Below, in pieces: positions 57,595 through 64,000 of a stretch of DNA of 64,000 nt (position 1 is the first letter of the stretch; every line of letters begins with the position of its first letter). The stretch covers positions 12,772,001 to 12,836,000 of the forward strand of contig NC_043021.1 in the NCBI RefSeq assembly GCF_006345805.1. The letters run 5' to 3'. This DNA is from Octopus sinensis. Lineage: Eukaryota. The translations under genes were made by a program, and so were the position numbers. The notes beneath the pieces were generated by a model, which saw only the letters and a list, made by a program, of their open reading frames with translations, searched no databases and was not told the origin of the DNA.

Positions 57595-57653
<59 letters not shown>
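56655..57653. repeat. ~1-kb (TA)n/(TATG) compound microsatellite
   Basis: Direct inspection; source of the spurious Y/I-rich ORFs. Confidence 0.98.
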
Positions 57654-57657
<4 letters not shown>

Positions 57658-57742
57658 CACACTATTCCAATAAATACACCAAGTAAAAATTCAAATATAT
57701 TTTTACTCATATTTTACCGAAGATAAATTGAAAAACAATTAA

Positions 57743-57976
57743 TCCTTTAACATTAAAATCAGCCATATCCAGCCAAAATATTCTGCCACATGTTCAAATT
57801 GGGCAGATTCAACCTATCACACCTACCCTATAATGTCATTGTAAAAAAAAAAACAATAAAAAAAAAACAATCACTTTATCAAAAATCTTGAAGCCACAAA
57901 ACAAAGAAAAGATTAATTCAAAACAATGTGAATAAATAAACATTACATTTGGCAAAAGAGTCTGAGTGCTAAAGGG
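57743..57976. mobile_element. Family A MITE copy (reverse orientation)
   Basis: TTAA on both sides; GCTAAAGGG terminus. Confidence 0.7.
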
Positions 57977-59540
57977 TTAAGAGCAATGAAGTTTTCATAG
58001 AGAGCAAAAGTTTAAATCTGCATTTGAGAAGAAACAACCGAGGAATATATACCAGATACAAGCAATTGTTATTATAAAAAAACCCTACAATATGATCAGC
58101 CGTAATAATCTGCTTATTTTCTACGTTGACATTGCAAAATTGTTTCAGATATGTTTCACTGTCTCTTATTGTGATTGTTGTAGGTCAACTCTTACCACCC
58201 TACCATCTTTCAACCGAGTCCACAGACTGGGCATCCAAATATCTGGTGCATTCCTTCACTGTTAAGGACTGATATACTCTGGAAGAGCCCAATCCTCTTA
58301 GTATACTCCATAAAAATATACAGCAGCTCAGACGTTCTATTACACCAAGACCAATCTTGTGCTTTGATCTTGCCTCCAAGCTGTAATACTCTTCTGGTAC
58401 CATGGTGGAATTTCCTTGGATATAGATACAAAATAAAACATTGACTGGCAACTGAGAAAGATGCAGCACAGTCAAACAAGCAAAGAGTAATAAAGGGGGA
58501 AAAAAGCCATTTTGACAAACCTATGAAAGACAATTTGTTTAGCTCTGACAGTAGCGTAAGGATTTGAAGTTTCATATTGACCCATTAAAAGTGAAGGCCT
58601 GACACACCAATTAAGTGTCTCCTATAAATCTTAAGCTTTTTCTTAATATAACAGCTTAATGCAACATCTGTCAAGTTAATTTGACAAGTGGATTATTCTA
58701 TTCAACTTTTATTTGATTTTTCTTTATTTCATCGAGGAAGTAATATCTAAGGAGATAATTTTATTCACATAAGCTAAAAGATCATATCTATCTTGGCTTT
58801 CCTTCATAGAAATTAACATGCTCAATCCATCTTAGAATACTTAAATTATTGTCAATCACATTAAATGAAACCTTTCTCTCTCATATTCACACACAACATA
58901 CAGAACATTACTGAAACTTTACACAACCACTACAGCATAGGTGAAACCAGATATTTTCATTCACTTTTTTTTTCCAGTTAACTTGACATAACTTTGAATG
59001 TGACAGACCTTAACATTGTTAAGATATTAGTAAATTTTTTTCTGTAATAACTAATAATTATATCAGTATTCACATAGCAGCCAAGAAACCTCCTTCAATG
59101 TTCAGGAGAAAAGTAAATTATGATTAAGAAAAAATTTCTACAGAAGGAAAGAAAAAAAAGTAGTGTGTGTGTGTGTGTATCCAAAAATCCATGTAAATAA
59201 AGATTCACTGTATGCTAGGTATACAATTCAAATGATAAATGAAATGTAGAGTTAGGATATATATATATATATTATATATGTTATATATATAAAAACCCTA
59301 AGACTACAATGATGGCAATTACTTTCTCAAGTTAGAAAACTAATTAAAGCAATTACAGAATATGTAAACTACTATTTACAGAATCATTTAAGACAATGTT
59401 ACCAAAATGAAAACCTTGAATCATTAAATAAATTGCCTACATTTATGTCCACCCGTTCAAGTCCTACTGGCATTCATCATTAACATTTTAACTAAAACAA
59501 ATCAGCAAGCCAAATGGCCAGCAGACTATTATGTACTCAC

Positions 59541-59582
59541 TTCAATAACTGGACCCACTTCCCCCTCGCTTGGTGTTTGGTT
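59541..59582 (-). CDS. Candidate 42-nt cassette microexon (NQTPSEGEVGPVIE in phase 0), probably of the Mi-2 gene
   Basis: Acceptor ttattttttcag, donor gtgagt, length divisible by 3, GC-richer than flanks; no homology recognised. Confidence 0.5.
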
Positions 59583-61049
59583 CTGAAAAAATAAGAAGGT
59601 CCATCATAGGTTTAACGACGTTATTAGGCCTCGGCATAAGGTAAGACAGTTTTCCCCGTTGATAAATACGATTTAAATCAGCATTTTTCACTGGTTTTCC
59701 TTTTATAACCTTCTTATTGCATTTTTTTTTTTTTTTTTTTTATCTTACTCTTTGAAAATTAACTCATCTACAGTAATTTCATGTGAAAGCTTGATTCTAT
59801 TCTTTACGAGTGAAAATGAAAATGGGATTGCAATTGCAACTTAAAGTTTTGAAAAAGCAAGCAATAAAACACAAAAAGGGGGGAAATAATACACGAAAGT
59901 CACATTAGGGTCAGTGTTGAGTAAATACTAAGTTCTATTCCGGTTTAAAACTAAATATAAACTAAAGCTATCTATTTATCACTGAATTAACTAATAAAAA
60001 AAAATATAAAAAAATAGGAAATTTGATGTTACAAGAAGAATAGGTCTCTAACATTAAAATCTGAAATCATTAATGCCAAATATCTTTATTCTTAAAATGA
60101 ACAAAAATGGTTTTCCAGAATTTTCTTCAGAAATTTTTTTTTTTTAAATATTGAAATACTATATTTAAATCCAAAACATTAAACAAATGCTTGATCTTTA
60201 GACCAGGAAAAAAACCTTGTACTGTACAAATACTGGATTTATAAATCTATCAAAATATAAAAGCTTTTAATAACCACAGATAATAAACACTATGGTGCAA
60301 GTAAATTGCTGACGTATAAAGCTTAATTAAAATTATTCCATAAAAACTGTAAAACATTGATATAAAGAATTTCCCTAGGAAGATTTTTGGAGAATGATGC
60401 TAATTTGATAGCGAAAATTATGTAACTATTGAATTAACAGAACTATTTTAACATGATGTGCACTTTAAACTCAAGAGGCAATCCAAACATGTCTCGATCT
60501 TTAGTACACTTTAGCCTTACTTTTAGAAATTACAGCCCTTTAATCTACATTGAAATATGCATCAGCAACACGGTATTCTTTAATTTAAGCTGAAAAATAT
60601 CAGAACTGCAAACTTGGTTAACTTTTTCAGTGAAACTTTCCCAAATCAATATTTGTAGAGGGTTCTATTAAAGACATCGATGGGTTTACACAATGCTTTT
60701 TCATTGGATAGCATTTTACAAAGATAGCATTATTTTCAAAATCAAAATATGTATAGACAGCAACATTGTGGGAAATTGTAAATTCAAAGGTATGCAAAAT
60801 ATACCAGACTCTGGAAGGTTGGTGAAATCCAGACCAAATCCCAAAAGGGATTAATTTAAAATTTTCAATTCTAGCCTAAGTCCACTATCAGAGAAATCAA
60901 ATTCAAGTTTATGTTTCCCTAAGTAATGTAGATGAATAAGCAAATTGAATTTTCATAACTATAATTTTATTTTCTACTTCATCCCAAGTATTGTGGTGCA
61001 TCTGAGCACAGCATGAATAAGCTCATTTTCATTATTATTAAACAGTTAA

Positions 61050-61265
61050 CATTTTAACCAGCCATATCCAGCCCAAATATTCTACCTTGTTCCAATGTTC
61101 AAAACTTAACAGATCCAGCTTTTCACACCTAACCTACAATGTCATTCTGAAAATAAACAGCCACATCACTGAAATCTTGATGCTACAAGATAATGCAAGA
61201 TTTAATTCAAAATAATGTCAATAAATAAACATTACACTTGACAGACTAATCTGAAAGCTAAAGGG
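61050..61265. mobile_element. Family A MITE copy (reverse orientation)
   Basis: Body similarity; GCTAAAGGG terminus. Confidence 0.7.
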
Positions 61266-64000
61266 TTAGGGTAGAGGAAAAAAAAGTCACTATTCTTGTT
61301 AATAAAAATTACTTTTGCTTCATTTAGAAATAATTTGAGTTTCTTTTCATTTTACGTTTTATGTGGTTACTCTGTTTCAATTATTATATGGGTCTTAAAT
61401 GGGAAAATTCTGAACACTTTTAGATCTCATTTCCATTTAGAATTGAATTTATGCATTTTTGTAATTTTAATCTTAGTTATTCTAAACTGGGTGGCTAGTA
61501 ACACCTAACTTATAGTAGGCAGTCTCTCAAAGAATTACCCCTATGACACAAAATTTCTATCAGCACAGTCAACGAAGCTAAACTCAAGATTTGTGACATA
61601 ACTCTTTAACTCTACAGCTGTGGTCATGCTGGACACCACTGTTGGAGAATTATAGAGAAACATTTTACTGGATCTAGCTTACTAAACATATTTCATATTA
61701 AGGCTAAAGAAAAAAACTTTGAGGCATGTAGGAAGCAAGTTTTTCACTTTCACTACAATTTTTCTTAAGTACATTAGAATACGGAAAACATTCTATTCAA
61801 AATAAAACCACATAGTAGATTCTAGAATTTAATATAATATAAACTATCTCATTCTTGCATTAATAAAGTGATTCTTCCTTACTGAGTGAAGCAGTGAAGA
61901 TTTGAAATGCTATCCTTCCTTCAATTGCCTATCTACTATGAGTGATTTATTTAATACAAATAAACAAATAAATTAAAAATTGAGAACATTATAAACCAGT
62001 AAGCAACTTCAATGCTTATGCATAAGTAGTTCAAATTCAGACAGAATTTGGTTTACAAAAAACTCATTATCAGAAACAACAAACTCCCATACAGCTTCTT
62101 TTATGAAACTGTATGGAATGATAATTTTTAAAGAGGAAAGATAGCATTTCATATTCAATTATTTTCCTCGCCCGCTGCAAACAATAGAAAACATTTAAAC
62201 TTACTTCTATAATTTTGCTAAATGCTTTAACTACAAAATCATAAAAAGGGTAAGTGTTTAAAAAGAATACATTCAATCTGACTATATATTTATTCTTAAC
62301 TAACCCCCATTAAAATATAACTGAGAAATTTTTAAATAATTATTTGATTGTGAGATAGAAACATTACTTACAGACCAGAATTAAAGCAAAAACTAAAAAG
62401 TCACGTGATGTTTTTTTTTTTTAATATTATGTATGTAATAAATTGGGGAAACTGCCAACCTCCATCAATATTTGCAAATGGCAAACCCTTACACTAAACC
62501 ACAGGAATATTAAGGAAATGTATCCTAGTTACATGTTATTAAACCAATAAGAAACCGAGTTTTATTTTTAAATACTAACTTTTAAGAATCTTTAAATATT
62601 TCTAAAATTTTAAAGTTTCAAATAAAAGAAATAATGAATTTTAAAGGCTGGATAAAGTGGGACCTTATGATTTAAGTATATGGGTTTAAGTAAGTCTCAA
62701 GGGGTTTTTTTTAACGTAAAAGAGAGCAATTTAAGATTGTTATAACAAATAGTGCGTGAAAGAAAGCATGATCTTATTGGTACAACTAGTTTTCAAAAAC
62801 TGAAATCAAATTGAAGACTCAAATGTTTAAGAATGATTAGCAAATAAAGTTCTAAGAAATTATCCATCTTGAATAACTTCGTAAATGTTAAGTAAAGAAA
62901 AAAAAATCAGAAAATAGAATTTTTTTTTTTTTTTCTTAATGAACTAACATTATTCCTCAATTTAAGAAATTTACTGCCAGTAATACTAATTTCAATATTT
63001 CCTGATGATTCTCCTAAAATATATCCTAACTTATACTTTAAGACTTGTGTTCTTTGAAGATTTCTAATTACTAAATAATTAACAGTTTATCTTATTTTAA
63101 TGGCTTGCCCTACATTTTAAAAAATTTTTATTCAAAGATATAGGCAATAACAAATAGTCAATTCAATGAAATAAAACTTACAGAGCTTTCTTTGCCTTCG
63201 TTCTTTAACTTAAAATTCAATATGAAAGAAAAACATTAGATAAACATTTTGAACATAACATTATGTCATGCTAAAAATATACATTTCGGATAGAAATGAA
63301 CAAAATTTCAATGGCATATTTTAAAAAAAATATATAAAGGTAATATGAAATAGCAAATCTTAAATTGGCTTTTAAATATGAAAATTCATATTTGCATGAA
63401 TTCATATGATCTTAGCACTTTGATGTGCCAATATATTTAGTCTATTGCACGGAAACTAATTTTTTTTAAATGATATCAGAGGATATATAGTGTGTATATG
63501 CATGGTTCCAGTATCTACGTAGGTTTGCTTCAAGTGGATGAGAAAAATGAACGTACTAATTATTGGTATAAATGAATAATATATATTACTGGCAAGCCAA
63601 AAATGCAAAGCACAAAATCTTAATAATCATAACCAGAAATATGCTAGCCTAAGATAATTGCTCCCTAGAATGGCTATTCATTTCATCTATAAACTAGTAA
63701 AACTGTCAAAACAACCTATGGTATTATAACAATGTAGAAATTATTGTTCACACTGTGTGCATACATTGTAGCCAAAGTAAAACAAAAAATTGTTTAGATT
63801 GAACTATCTCCATGGATACCAGAAATATAATTTCAAAGTACTTTTACTATTAAACCTGCATTGTAATATTTTTTTTCTTTACAAACACCAAGAATCATCA
63901 GTTATTTTAAGCCACACCTCATTTTCATACATCCTTGTAGTTAACAGTGAAATAGTTGCTTCTTAAAATTTTAGAGATTTGAAAAGGATAAAAATTGAAG

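Noticed and set aside
56527-57726. Long Y/I/H/T-rich ORFs in several frames
   Set aside because: Translation of the TA satellite
58190-58400. GC-richer block with a good acceptor and a CPVC motif in one frame
   Set aside because: No PHD pattern; the phase-0 frame closes, and the open frames do not fit the phase of the next exon
62070-62195. Strong acceptor (ttttctattgtttgcag) followed by a short open frame
   Set aside because: No homology, no convincing donor; indistinguishable from a cryptic site

Overview
AT-rich, repeat-dense metazoan genomic DNA. The SINE/MITE families and microsatellite load suggest an octopod cephalopod (inferred from recalled repeat consensus; not verified). Most of the window is the minus-strand, multi-exon gene for a Mi-2/CHD3-4-5 (NuRD) chromatin remodeller. 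I could chain 29 exons (51773 down to 9243; 4954 nt, about 1651 codons) with GT-AG boundaries and matching phases. They encode two chromodomains, the SNF2 ATPase/helicase, the DUF1087/DUF1086 region, a charged repeat linker, CHDCT2 and a P/S/T-rich tail. The PHD exons and start codon were not found and presumably lie beyond position 64000; the last exon(s) are uncertain. Introns hold TTAA-flanked piggyBac-like MITEs, tRNA-headed SINEs, Tc1/mariner derivatives and a 1-kb TA satellite. Most notable: a 96-bp in-frame duplication of an intron/exon boundary giving two acceptors; a textbook U12 intron; a pair of paralogous ~140-nt intronic elements and a C/D-box-like island (candidate guide RNAs); a foldback element made of two DD41D-like transposon right ends; and a mini Tc1-like element that keeps only its DNA-binding-domain ORF.
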